NCBI GenBank assembly: GCA_038087875.1
Contig: CM075977.1
Coordinates: 161,882,001-161,946,000, forward strand
From: Malacoraja senta
Lineage: Eukaryota
DNA length: 64,000 nucleotides
Direction of reading: 5' to 3'
Shown: positions 48,263 to 60,440 of the stretch, piece by piece
Layout of the letters: each line of letters begins with the position of its first letter
How positions within the stretch are numbered: the first letter of the stretch is position 1
Position numbers and translations under genes: made by a program
Notes under the pieces: model-generated
What the model was told of the DNA's origin: nothing
What the model saw: only the letters and a program-made list of their open reading frames with translations
Databases searched by the model: none

Positions 48263-50056
48263 AAAGGTGTCAGATTGTGATATGAAGGCTGAGTGGGAGG
48301 CATGGGTGTGGAGATTAATTAGAAAAATTATGGTGTGGTGCACAGAGCAGCGTGCTGTCTGGTGGTGCAGTTGCTAAGAGATGAGATCTGCTAATGTGTT
48401 CACTGACCTTGACCAAGTGCATGAAATCTTAAACTTGCTCTAGCACTGCAGTCAATCCCACCCCCTCTTCCAAATTTTGCTTCCTTATGGATCTGTGTCA
48501 GTAGAAACAAAAATTAATTTATAAAAATGCTTGTTCTATACAAGTAGGTAGAATATGAAAACAATTAAAGTTGCATCATTTAATAACTTCCTAATTCCCT
48601 TTTTAAATGACCAATTTTCATGTTGGCCCAGCCAATAAATGTTAACAATTCTTTGTCTCAAGAATCAAAATAGCAGTGCCTTTATGCACATAATATAAAG
48701 GACACATCCAGTTCCCAAAATGGACAGGCATTTGGAAATAAAGTTACCAGGGAACATTTAGAAGTAGCTACTCTACCTAGCCCAGGAACACAGTTTGCTG
48801 CACTTCTAAGATTTGTCTCAGGAATTGTCAGCCAAGTTCACAGTACTCTGGTTTGTACTAGTCTCTACCCCACATCGTGGTGTGCTTCACCACTGGGTTG
48901 GCAACCTTAAATGGTTTCTTCCCTTAATATCCTTAATCACCACTTAAAATCTGCACAGCATTTTTAATGCGTGCTTATTTCTCTTCCTGCTTTCTTGACT
49001 GCTTTTTTTTCTACAGAGCTGCAAAACAATATTGGAAGTTTCTAAATTATTTGTATTCTTTGAATCACTGAAGTATAGCGTTTGAATAAATTTGATACCC
49101 ATGAAACCATAAATTAGAGAAATTAAATTAATGTGTTTAAAATAAGCAATTGAAATGGATTCAATACTGGGACGCATGTGGACACTGGTTTTACTATCTC
49201 AATCCGATTATCTTCTCTCACCAATATTTCAGAATAATATCTGCAGCTGGTGAAGATTTTTAAAAATGCAGATTAAATTTCCAAAAGATCAATGTCTGTT
49301 ATCCTCAGCTGGCTATTTATAGGCTAATTTGGTTAGAAGTGGCTTGTCGGGCAACAATATGTGTTTTTGGAAGAGCTAGCTGAAGCATTTCAATTTTAAA
49401 TTTAATAAAGGTAGGATATAGTAATATTAACTTTTGGTGGTAATACATTAGTGTAACGTTAGAGGTGAGATGAAGGGGAAGCTAATGTATTAAAATACTG
49501 TTATGGATGTGTAACAAGATTACATAGATTTGTTATTTCATTTCTAAAAGCACCCGATGAGGTATTATTTATATGAGTTGCTGATTTTGAACAGAGGCAG
49601 TAATCCTTCTGCAGTCATATAGTTGGCACAAAGACAGTAGTGAGTGAGATCTCCCATACTAAGTGATGTGACCCATCAGTCAGGATATGCAGCACAGGGT
49701 GGCGCATACACCATCTGCTAGTGAGCAATTGAACGATATAGAGAATGAAATTGCAAAGCAATGTCCGCTCAGTTATTTTTCTGCTTCAAATAACCAAACA
49801 CTAGTAAATAACTAAGTAATAATTCATCAGTAACAGCAAACTGGAACACTGCTTCTTTGATGTGAAAGATTTACAACTCACTACCAAGGGAATTATAATT
49901 GCCTTTTGTACATGGTGATATTTTGAAGACAGCATCATTGCGTTGTTATCGATTCAGTGTTCATGTGCAACTTGGTAATAACCAATAATTTTTATATCAT
50001 TTTCTGCTCAAAGTTTTTTTGTAACTGATTCTCACAGGTAAGTATCTGTTAGCTTA

Positions 50057-50361
50057 CATAGGAACATAGAAAATATGTGCAGGAGTAGGCCATTCGGCCC
50101 TTCGAGCCCTTCAACATGATCATAGCTGATCATCCAAAATGAGTACCCGTTCCTGATTTTTCCCCATATCCCTAAGAGCTAAATCTAACTCTCTCTTGAA
50201 AACATCCAGTGAATTGGCCTCCACTGCCTTCTGTGGCATAGAATTCCACAGATTCATAACTATCTGGGTGCAAAATTTTTCCTCATCTCAATCCTAAATG
50301 GCCTACCCCTTATTTTTAAACTGTGGCCCCCTGGTTCTGGACTGTGACCCCTGGTTCTGGA
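50057..50361 (-). mobile_element. CR1 3' end; about 20-bp tandem duplication at the 5' truncation point
   Basis: catagaaa tail and CR1 3'UTR; cccctggttctgga is repeated within 50321-50361. Confidence 0.9.
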
Positions 50362-51359
50362 GCTTGTGCCTATCCAAAAAAAGCAAGCAAATGCAACCCA
50401 CCAATCACTACTTCACAAAGTGGAGGAACCTGTCACCAGCACCATAATTAGACAGCATATACTCAACGATAGATGCTGGTGCACATTTTGGCATATTTCC
50501 AGATCACTGAGCTCACTGCGCAAACATGGGCAAAGAGTTGAATGTTTGTAAGCATGTGAGAGTGCCCGTCCTTGTTATCTTGATGGCATCCAATTGGCTT
50601 CAATATGTCTTTGTAAACTTAAGGCAACGAGAGTCAGGGAAACTGTTCATTGGAAATCATCATACTTCACACAAAGGACTGGGGTTGTTACAGGCTCATA
50701 GATCGAGCTCTGCGACCACACTGCAGGAGCTCTTCAGGTTATAATTCTAGGCACAGCCACATCTGCAATTTATCGACACCGTTCAGAAATGGAAATGTGT
50801 GCCTTAAAAGGTTTCATGCCTTACATTTTAACCCCCTTGAAATAAGGAACAAGATAACATTAGAATTGCTAATTGTGTTCTGTTGATTTTATGAGATTTG
50901 TGGAAGACACTCCTATATCCCTCTGAATATCAATATTAAATATCTTCCAGATTCTAAAGATAATTGTTCTTACATTTTCTACTTCACTTTTCACAGATCA
51001 GCTGATTTACCCAGCTCACTGTCTTAAGCAAATTCTGCTTCGAGATATAATCTGAACATTATTTATGTAAAAATCTCTTAACCTTGAATTATTTATTGCT
51101 TCACCTTAAAGTTTTGCCAATCATTATCAACTATACTAGAATCCACATTCATAATCTACCCCAAGAAGAAAGAAAGTCGACCATAAAATATTTATTCTTT
51201 TGAATTAAATTTGTGCAATTCTGATTCTAATCTTGTCTTCTGGTTTTTCTCCCTAGTTTCTTTTAATGACTATCATTATCCCGTTGATTGCCCTCCCAAT
51301 ATTTTCGAATGATGTAGGGATAGATGGCTCAATGGATTTAGCAATGGTCTTTCACGTTC

Positions 51360-51760
51360 ATGCAGATGCTTGCAACCAGAAATAGAAACACAAGATGCTG
51401 GAAATGCTGATCAGGACAGGTAGCATCTGTGATGGCAGAAAATGTGCATTTCTGTTCAATAGGCTTTCTGTATGACTGTAAAAAAAGTTAGAATATGTTT
51501 TAAGGTGCAGAGAAGGGTGGAGAGATTCAAGAGAGTGCCAGTGATAGACCATCTGAGACTGAATGGGGCCAACTGCAAAAAGGTAGAGAAGGCTCATTAA
51601 TCATGAATGGCTGATTTGTCCGGAAGAAATATAAATAAGAAATGAATGAAAACAGAGGCAGGAACTGAGAGATATAGAATAATGTAGATACTGAACATCT
51701 GAATTAAAAGCAAAGAATGCTGAAAATGCTCTGTGGGGGGAAAAAAAGACAGAGATGAAT
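51360..51760 (-). mobile_element. Degenerate PLE pseudo-LTR remnants (two pieces)
   Basis: tgcagatgct...acacaagatgctggaaatgct...gcatctgtg, with a second piece at 51683-51760. Confidence 0.55.
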
Positions 51761-52097
51761 GCAACTTGGCATTCTAGGCTATAAAACTCCAGAATTGACA
51801 AGGGGGATGTGAAAGACACAATGGCATTGCAATATTGATTAAGAAGTTCATTACTGCAGTAAGAGGGGAGGATGTCTGTGGACGTTCTTCAGATGAGGCC
51901 ACATTTTGTAAATTTAAGAAAAAAAAGAATGCTCAATTTACTAAGGGTATACCACAAGCTTCCGAGCAGTCCACACATGAGGGGAGAGCAGATATGTAGA
52001 GAAATCACTTCCCCAATATTAACTGGGATCATATTTATTATGAAAGGCTTAAAGGGAGTAGAATTTTTTAAGTTTTTATCTTTTGGAGACAGTACAT

Positions 52098-52720
52098 AGA
52101 TAATAGACAGGGGTCTGACCAGTGCCTTGTAAAGCCTCAGCATTATATCCCTGTTTTTTCTATTCTGCTCCTCTCTGAATAAATGCTAGCATGGCGTTTG
52201 CCTTCCTTACTACCGATTCGACTTGCGAATTAACTTTTGGGGAATCCTATACCAGCACTCCCAAGTCCCTTTGCACCTCCGATTTCAGAATTCTCTCCCC
52301 ATTTAGAAAATAGTCTACGCCTTTATTCCTACTACCAAAATGCATGACTTCACACTTTGCTACACTGTATTCCATCTGCCACTTCTTCCCACTTTCCCAA
52401 CCTGTCCAAATCCATCTGCAGAGTCCCTGCTTTCTCCACACTACCTGCCCCTCCACCTATCTTCGTATCATCTGCAAGTTGGCCACAAAGCCGCTGTCAT
52501 CCAAATCATTGATATAGAACATGAAGAGTAGAGGCCCCAGCACCGACCTGTGTGGAACACCACTAGTCTCTGGCAGCGAACCAGAAAAAGCCTCCTTTAT
52601 TGCTACTCTTTGCCTTCTGCTATCCAGACAACCTGGTGTCCATGCTAATATCTTCCCTCTGATACCATGGGCTCTCATCTTCTTTAGCAGCCTCACGTGC
52701 GCACCTTATCAAAGGTCTTC
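52098..52720 (-). mobile_element. CR1 RT internal fragment
   Basis: SGVPHRSVLGPLLFMFYINDLD, WQMEYSVAKCEVMHFG, LRLYKALVRP. Confidence 0.92.
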
Positions 52721-52791
52721 TAGGTTGTAAGAGTAGTTTATTAAGTGATTTATATGGGCTCAGCATTGCTATTAAAACAAATAGATGTACA

Positions 52792-53092
52792 GGGAGGCAC
52801 AGTGGTGCAGCGGTAGAGTTGCTGCCTTCCAGCGCCAGAGACCCGGGTTCGATCCTGACTACGGGTGGAGTCTGTATGGAGTTTGTACATTTTCCTAGTG
52901 ACCCGCGTGGGGTGTTCTCCGAGTGCTCCTGTTTCCTCCCACACTCCAAAGATGTACAGGTTTGTAGGTTAATTGGCTTTGGTAAGTTGTAATGTTGTCC
53001 TTAGTGTGTAAATTCTTGTTAGTGTATGGGGTGATCGCTGGTGGGTGCAGACTTGGTGGGCCAAACGGCCTGATTTTTGCTGTATCTTTAAG
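52792..53092 (+). mobile_element. V-SINE (HE1-like)
   Basis: A box TGGTGCAGCGG 52803-52813, B box GGTTCGATCC 52846-52855, V-domain tgctcctgtttcctcccacactccaaaga, and CR1/HER1-like tail. Confidence 0.9.
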
Positions 53093-53879
53093 CTCTATTG
53101 TCAGTTTTGAGCCCACTTCAACTGTGAATAATTTTGCGGACATACTGGTTAGGGGAAGCAGTACAAAATTGTCCTTGGAGGAGGCAATGGATGTTTATTT
53201 GAGGATGGAATTATGGAACAGCTTTATTCTACTTCTAACTGTGCTATTGCTAAACTGCTCATGATGATGATGATGAGAGTCCAATATTATTCCACTTTCT
53301 GCACCTTAAAACGGCAATAATACGAGTATAATTGATAACTGAATAATATTCCTTTAAATCTTGTAACGAGCTTGTCAGTATGAAAAGAAAGCAATGATTA
53401 GGCTTGATGAATAAAACACACAGGCATATTTACATGAACTATTTTTAACCAGATCCATTATTAAATAAGCTTGAGATTACTATCTGACGTTGTTTTTCTC
53501 CCACTGGGGTACCAACTCATTCTTTTTGATGCAAGAATTTTTTTTAATGTACTTTCTGTTCCCTCATTTCATTTTCACATCTAGCTTTTGGCTCTAAAAT
53601 ATATTGACTTGGAAAAATGCTGCTAGCACTAAAGCAAAGCAGTGGAGAGTTATTGGAGCTTGATGTTTAATTACTTGACATTATTTCTGAAAAATATGTT
53701 TTTATTTCTATAAACACTTAAAATATATGGTAAATCCAAGTTGGAATGCAATGATATCAAACCTTTTCATGATCTTATTTCATTCCAATTCAATACTGCC
53801 AGCCTCAAAATCTTCAAACATATCTTCACTTCTCCAATTGCAACTTCCTTGAGCATATTCAGATTTAATTTCTCAACTT

Positions 53880-54196
53880 GGGAGGCATGGTGGCACAGCA
53901 GCAGAGTTGCTGCCTTACAGCGCTTATAGCGCCACAGTCCCGGGTTCGATCCCGACTACAGGTGCTGTCTGTACAGAGTTTGTACGTTCTCCCCGTGACC
54001 GCTTGGGTTTTCTCTGAGATCTTCGGTTTCTTCCCACACTCCAAAGCCACACAGGTTTGTAGGTTAATTAGTTTGGTATGAAGGTAAAATTGTTCCTAGT
54101 GTATGTAGGATCGTGTTAATGTGCAGGGATCACTGGTCGGTGCGGGCTCGGTGGGCCTAAGGGCTTGTTTCCGCACTGCATCTCTAAACTAGACTA
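53880..54196 (+). mobile_element. V-SINE (HE1-like)
   Basis: B box GGTTCGATCC 53943-53952, V-domain cggtttcttcccacactccaaag, tail gggcttgtttccgcactgcatctctaaactagact. Confidence 0.9.
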
Positions 54197-54920
54197 TTGA
54201 TGGTGACAACATTGCTTTAAGGTCTTGGAAATGCTTCCCTAAATCTCTCCACTTCCCTACCTTTCTTTGACTTGCGGGTTGACATCAGCCTTATTGACCA
54301 AGCTTGACCATTTGATCTTATAGCTCCATGTTGATGTTACTTTTGTTTGGTAACTAACAATGAAACACATTGGGACATTTTTGGTCCAATGGAGATGCTA
54401 TGTAAACAACTGCTGATGAAAGCATTTGCAACACTGTATGCCAAACAATGAGAGCATTAGCACACAATCGGAGAACATCCTGCAACACGTGGATTTATTT
54501 TTGTAACTGTGTTTGGCCACGCATTTTTCAAAAAAATGCTATTATCTCTACATAAAGGATGTGCAGTTTGGTTCACCATACACCATTGCAATCACTGGAA
54601 ATCTGCAATTAGCATCAATAGTGATAAAAAAACATTGGATGATTTCTTCTCTCCTCAAAGAGAAGTGCATATGAAAAGCAAACTCCTAGCAAGATCAAGT
54701 TATACATTACAAGCCAGCTTTAATAGCTGAACATAGCCATGTAGCTAGATATGCAAGCATATCACAAGCCCATACACATCTCCAACAAGGCAGCATGAGC
54801 AAGCTGGTTGTTAATTTGCAATTGCACCCTTAGCTGACTCTCTCCCTCCTTAGTTCATTCACACCTAGGCCAAAGAGCACAAACAGACTGAGACAAATAA
54901 ATATGATACTAATGTTAGAT

Positions 54921-55095
54921 ACTAGGAACTGCAAATGCTGGAATTTGAGCAAAACACAAGGTGCTCGAGGAACTCAGTGGGTCAAGCAGCATCTGTGGAG
55001 GAAATGGACAGGTCATGTTTGGTGTCCTGATACACTGCCTGTCCATTCTCTCCACAGATACTGACTGGTCCATTGAGTTCCTCCAGTATTTTGTG
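54921..55095. mobile_element. PLE-derived palindromic element with TSD
   Basis: Inverted arms. tg(a/t)tactaatgttagat is duplicated at 54904-54920 and 55096-55112. Confidence 0.85.
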
Positions 55096-55367
55096 TGTTA
55101 CTAATGTTAGATTGATATTGCAATTGTGTGGGTAAAGGAGATCTCAATGCACATATCTCTAAAAGTAATGACATGGGTTAAGATATAAGCAAAAGTAAAT
55201 GAAGTATTAAGGCTAAGCTAAACTTGAACTGTGATCAGATTGCAGGTGTAGTGTGGTGTAAAATATTACTATAGAATGTAGAAACATTTAAAGATGTATA
55301 GAGAAACAGAAGTTTAAAATTAGACCTACAATTAAATTATTTATGTAGAAGGTTGAAAAGCCAGGCC

Positions 55368-56850
55368 AATTCTGTGGATTGGAGGATAGCTAATGTTATC
55401 CCATTTTTCAAGAAAGGAGCGAGAGAGAAAACGGGGAATTACAGACCAGTTAGCCTGACTTCTGTGGTGGGAAAAATGCTGGAGTCAATTATTAAAGAGG
55501 TAATAATGGGGCATTTGAATAGCAGTAAAATGATTAATCCAAGTCAACATGGATTTATGAAAGGGAAATCATGTTTGACTAATCTTCTGGAATTTTTTGA
55601 GGACGTGACATGTAAAATGGATGAAGGGGTGCCATTGGATGTAGTGTATCTAGACTTTCAGAAAGCCTTTGATAAGGTTCCGCATGGGAGACTGGTGACT
55701 AAAATTAGAGCACATGGTATTGGGGGTAGGGTGTTGACATGGATAGAAAATTGGTTGGCAGACCGGAAGCAAAGAGTAGGAGTGAACGGGTCCTTTTCAG
55801 AATGGCAGGCAGTGGCGAGTGGAGTGCCGCAAGGCTCGGGGTTGGGGCTGCAACTGTTTACCATATATGTTAATGATTTGGAAGAGGGAATTAGGAGCAA
55901 CACTAGCAAGTTTGCGGATGACACAAAGCTGGGTGGCAGTGTGAACTGTGAAGAGGATGTTAGGAGGTTGCAGGGCGACCTGGACAGGTTGAGTGAGTGG
56001 GCAGATGTGTGGCAGATGCAGTATAATATAGATAAATGTGAGGTTATCCATTTTGGCGGCAAAAACAAGGGGGCAGATTATTATCTCATTGGGGTTAGGT
56101 TAGGTAAGGGGGAGGTGCAGCGAGACCTGGGCATCCTTGTACACCGGTCACTGAAAGTTGGCTTACAGGTGCAGCAGGCAGTGAAGAAAGCTAATGGAAT
56201 GTTGGCCTTCATAACAAGAGGATTTCAGTATAGGAGTAAAGAGGTTCTTCTGCAGTTGTATAGGGCTCTGGTGAGACCACATCTGGAGTATTGTGTACAG
56301 TTTTGGTCTCCTAATTTGAGGAAGGGCATCCTTGTGATTGAGGCAGTGCAGCGTAGGTTCACGAGATTGATCCCTGGGATGGCGGGACTGACATATGAGG
56401 AAAGATTGAAAAGACTAGGCTTGTATTCACTGGAGATAAAAGGATGAGGGGTAATCTTGTAGAAACATATAAAATTATAAAAGGACTGGACAAGCTAGAT
56501 GCAGGAAAAATGTTCCCAATGTTGGGCGAGTCCAGAACCAGGGGCCACAGTCTTAGAATAAAGGGGAGGTCATTTAAGACTGAGGTGAGAAAAAACGTTT
56601 TCACCCAGAGAGTTGTGAATTTATGGAATTCCTTGCCACAGAGGGCAGTGGAGGCCAAGTCACTGGATGGATTTAAGAGAGAGTTAGATAGAGCTCTAGG
56701 GGCTAGTGGGGTCAAGGGATATGGGGAGAAGGGCGGCACGGGTTATTGATAGGGGACGATCAGCCATGATCACAATGAATGGCGGTGCTGGCTTGAAGGG
56801 CCGAATGGCCTCCTCCTGCACCTATTTTCTATGTCTATGTCTATGTCTAT
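55368..56850 (+). mobile_element. Young 5'-truncated CR1 LINE with a nearly intact RT domain
   Basis: 364-aa open frame with NYRPVSLTS, QHGF, YLDFQKAFDKVPH, SGVPQGS and FADD. One frameshift near 56440. C-terminus TRGH...FTQRVVNLWNSLP and a (TCTATG)n tail. Confidence 0.97.
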
Positions 56851-58213
56851 TTTACTCTCGGAAACATTAAATCTAAAGGATGACTTAAGCAGAGCCTTTA
56901 TAATTATGAAAGCTTTTAAGGGAGTAATGAAAATGTCTGTCTGTGGAAGCAGTAACATCTCCACACACGTACCATGAAGAATCTTTTCTATTTCTTGTTG
57001 TCCAGATTACTGACGGGAACATTTGAAAGGAACTGTCCTTCCACTCACTTTTATGACATTTCCAATTTGCTTACCCTTCGTTTGCTTGAAAGCAGTTTAT
57101 AAATACAGCTTGAAAATGAAGCATCTGATCTGTTTTCTATTCAAATCCATGGATTAGATTTCAGGACATTTTCAGCACAGCTTCGGATTGATTTTTTTCT
57201 CGTCATGATATATACTTGACCTTGATTCAAACTATTTTGCTGGGGACAAGTGTGGTACTTGACCTGTCACAGTGTGTATTTATGCAATTGTCTCCATTTT
57301 CAAAGTGCCTTTGGATGGCTCATCAATATTTGTGCACCCCAGCCTTCACTATGTGTTTTACTAACACAAATAATGGAACATCTATTGATGAAATGGGAAG
57401 AAATGCAGTAGCTGGTCGCCTTGTAGTTATGGGTAAGGATTAGTTGGTCTTGAGGCATTTGAAATATTTTCTAAATCAAGATAAGCAGACTTTTGGTGTA
57501 TTGGGATATGTTATTGGAAAAGTTGGGAAAGTGGAGTGAAGCTGAGATCAAGTCTCATAATTGTGAATGATGGAACATGTTTAAGGGGCCATGTGACCTA
57601 CTCCACTGATTAATTCTGAAGTTCTTACTTTGGATTGATTGTCTGAGTGAATAAGAAATAATACTAAATCCAAAGATGATAAGGATGCTATCATTCTCAG
57701 CTTTATGTACTTTGAGTCAGCAATTTTTTTTTTTTTAATGACTTAATAATGGGAAGGAAAGCAGGAAGGGAAAATATGCATAGTAATGCCTTCCTCTTAT
57801 GTGGCTCTTGTCCAATTTTTATAATTGTAACCGGTTTTCCACATCTTAATAGCTCTGAACTGGAAAGACTGCAAGCAGCTGGTAAATCACGTCAGATGAG
57901 GGCTTCTTCATCCCTAAGATAACAACACAATTTAATTATAATTGGATAAAGAACAAGCCTACCTTGCAAAGTAAGGTTTCCTGGAAATTTCACAGCATTA
58001 TTTGTTGCTAGAGTGCCCTGCAGAGACTCTGGAGCCTGGGGGATGATTAGATGGAAGGACATTCTCATAATGGACATAATTTGCAGGAACTTCTTTTTCC
58101 CTGAATGTTTGCTGGTGCTGCCAGTGGCAGTCGCTGGCTGAAGAGTGGCAGGAGTGGGGTAGTGGGTGGGAGGTTGTGAACATGGTCTTCTCTTCCGTGC
58201 CCCACTTGCCAAT

Positions 58214-58957
58214 CATAGAAACATAGAAACATAGAAAATAGGTGCAGGAGTAGGCCATTCGACCCTTCGAGCCTGCACCGCCATTCAATATGATCATGGC
58301 TGATCATCTAACTCAGTATCCTGTACCTGCTTTCTCTCCATACCCCCTGATCCCTTTAGCCACAAGGGCCACATCTAACTCCCTCTTAAATATAGCCAAT
58401 GAACTGGCCTCAACTACATTCTGTGGCACAGAATTCCAGAGATTCACCACTCTCTGTGTAAAAAATGTTTTTCTCATCTCAGTCCTAAAAGATCTCCCCT
58501 TTATCCTTAAACTGTGACCCCTTGTTCTGGACTTCCCCAACATCGGGAACAATCTTCCTGCATCTAGCCTGTCCAACCCCTTAAGAATTTTGTAAGTTTC
58601 TATAAGATCCCCCCTCAATCTTCTAAATTCCAGCGAGTACAAGCTGAGTCTATCCAGTCTTTCTTCATATGAAAGTCCTGACATCCCAGGAATCAGTCTG
58701 GCGAACCTTCTCTGTGCCCCCTCTATGGCAAGAATGTCCTTCCTCAGATTAGGAGACCAAAACTGTACGCAATACTCCAGGTGTGGTCTCACCAAGACCC
58801 TGTACAACTGCAGTAGAACCTCCCTGCTCCTATACTCAAATCCTTTTGCTATGAATGCTAACATACCATTCGCTTTCTTCACTGCCTGCTGCACCTGCAT
58901 GCCTACTTTCAATGACTGGTGTACCATGACACCCAGGTCTCGTTGCATCTCCCCTTC
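58214..58957 (-). mobile_element. Young CR1 3' fragment
   Basis: Open frame QRDLGVMVHQSLK...RPHLEYCVQFWSP...GYGEKAGTGY; (TTTCTATG)n tail. Confidence 0.96.
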
Positions 58958-59290
58958 AGCACCTAGCTGGAATATGCTGCCAGGGGTGGTGGTGGAGGCA
59001 GATACGATAGACAATAGACAATAGGTGCAGGAGTAGGCCATTCGGCCCTCTGAGCCAGCACTGCCATTCAATGTGATCATGGCTGATCATCCACAATCAG
59101 TACCCCGTTCCTGTCTTCTCCCCATATCCCCTGACTCTGCTATCTTTAAGTAGCATTTAAGAGGCTTTTGGATTAGCACATGGATATGGATATGGATCAC
59201 ATGTCGGCAAAGGAGATTAGTTTAACTTGGCATCATGTTTGGCATGGATACTGTGGCCAAAGAGCATGTTCCTATGCTATACTGTTCGGT
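58958..59290 (+). mobile_element. CR1/HER1 3' end with a nested CR1 tail (59008-59150, -)
   Basis: WNMLPGVVVEADTI is interrupted by a (caataga)n-tailed CR1 end and resumes at tagcatttaagaggc. Confidence 0.8.
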
Positions 59291-59642
59291 GTTCTATATA
59301 CTGTACCCTTTCAATTAACGCACATGGAGGGACAAGGTTAGGCTCTCACCCCATATGGAGATCCCGGAAAATGTATTCCATTAATTTGAATATATTGTGG
59401 GAATCCACTGAACCGCTGCTCATTTTTAGCAACCCAGATTTGCAAGTAACTGAACCTAGCTGGAGTGCCACCCAGTGGAGCCAATCTGTAGTGTGATAAA
59501 ATCAAGTCTGAATAACATCAGCTCTACTGGATTGTCCTGGAAGCCCATGTAGATCGGTGATTATCTCTCGAAGAGGAAAATCTGTAAGTTTTACCCAATC
59601 TGCCCTATCTGGCTATAGACCACCAATGCAGTTTTCTTTAAT

Positions 59643-59877
59643 GTAGGAAGGAACTGCAGATTTTGGTTTAAACCAAAGATAGACACAAATTGCTGGAGAA
59701 ACTCAGCTGGACAGGCAGCATCCCTGGAGAGAAGGAATGGGTAACATTTCGGGTGGGGACCCTTCTTCAGACTGACTCTAGTTTGAAAAGGGTCTCGACC
59801 TGAAACATCATCCATTCCCTCTCTCCAGAGATGCTGCCTGTCCCGCTGAGTTACTCCAGCATTTTGTGTCTTGCTTT
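59643..59877. mobile_element. PLE-derived palindromic element
   Basis: Inverted arms; imperfect TSD agt(tt/cc)tctttaat at 59630-59642 and 59878-59890. Confidence 0.85.
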
Positions 59878-60189
59878 AGTCCTCTTTAATACCTATTCAG
59901 TCCAGGGATAAATAGGGATGTTAAACTACAAGTGATGTCCATATCCCTTGAACAAATAAAAACAAACGCCTTATTTCGCGAGGTGATGTACTGTATTTGA
60001 ATAGATTTCTGTAATCTCTTAAAAGCTTGCTCTTTTGGAAAAATACACTCTTTTAAAATAGTGTTGTCTACATGGCTTCATTGTCAGGCCCACAATTCTT
60101 AACTCTTTTATTGTTACTAAGGTTTAAAGGTACTTCTGTATTTAGAAATATTGGAGACTTCATGTGCTTGGGTTTCCCAGGTGGAAATA

Positions 60190-60440
60190 ATTTCAGTTTC
60201 AGTTTAGATTATAGTCATGTGTACCGAGGTACAGTGAAAAGTTTTTGTTGCGTGCTATCCAGTCAGCAGGAAGACAATTACAATCAAACCATTTATAGTG
60301 TATAAGGGAATAAAGTTTAGTGCAAGGTAAAGCCCGTAAAGTCTGATCAAAGATAGTCCGAGGGTCGCCAATGAGGTCGATCGTAGTTCAGTACAGCTCT
60401 CTAGTTGTGATAGGATGATTCAGGTGCCTGATAGCACCTT
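60190..60440 (-). mobile_element. Rex1-like LINE 3' tail
   Basis: (tttcag) repeat followed by gtcatgtgtaccgaggtacagtgaaaag, homologous to 3545-3590. Confidence 0.65.

Noticed and set aside
52792-52865. tRNA gene
   Set aside because: The A/B boxes belong to a SINE head that continues into the V-domain and LINE tail; there is no complete cloverleaf.
58313-59080. 255-aa ORF as a gene
   Set aside because: Chimeric read-through across three nested CR1 pieces; only the CR1 C-terminus is meaningful.
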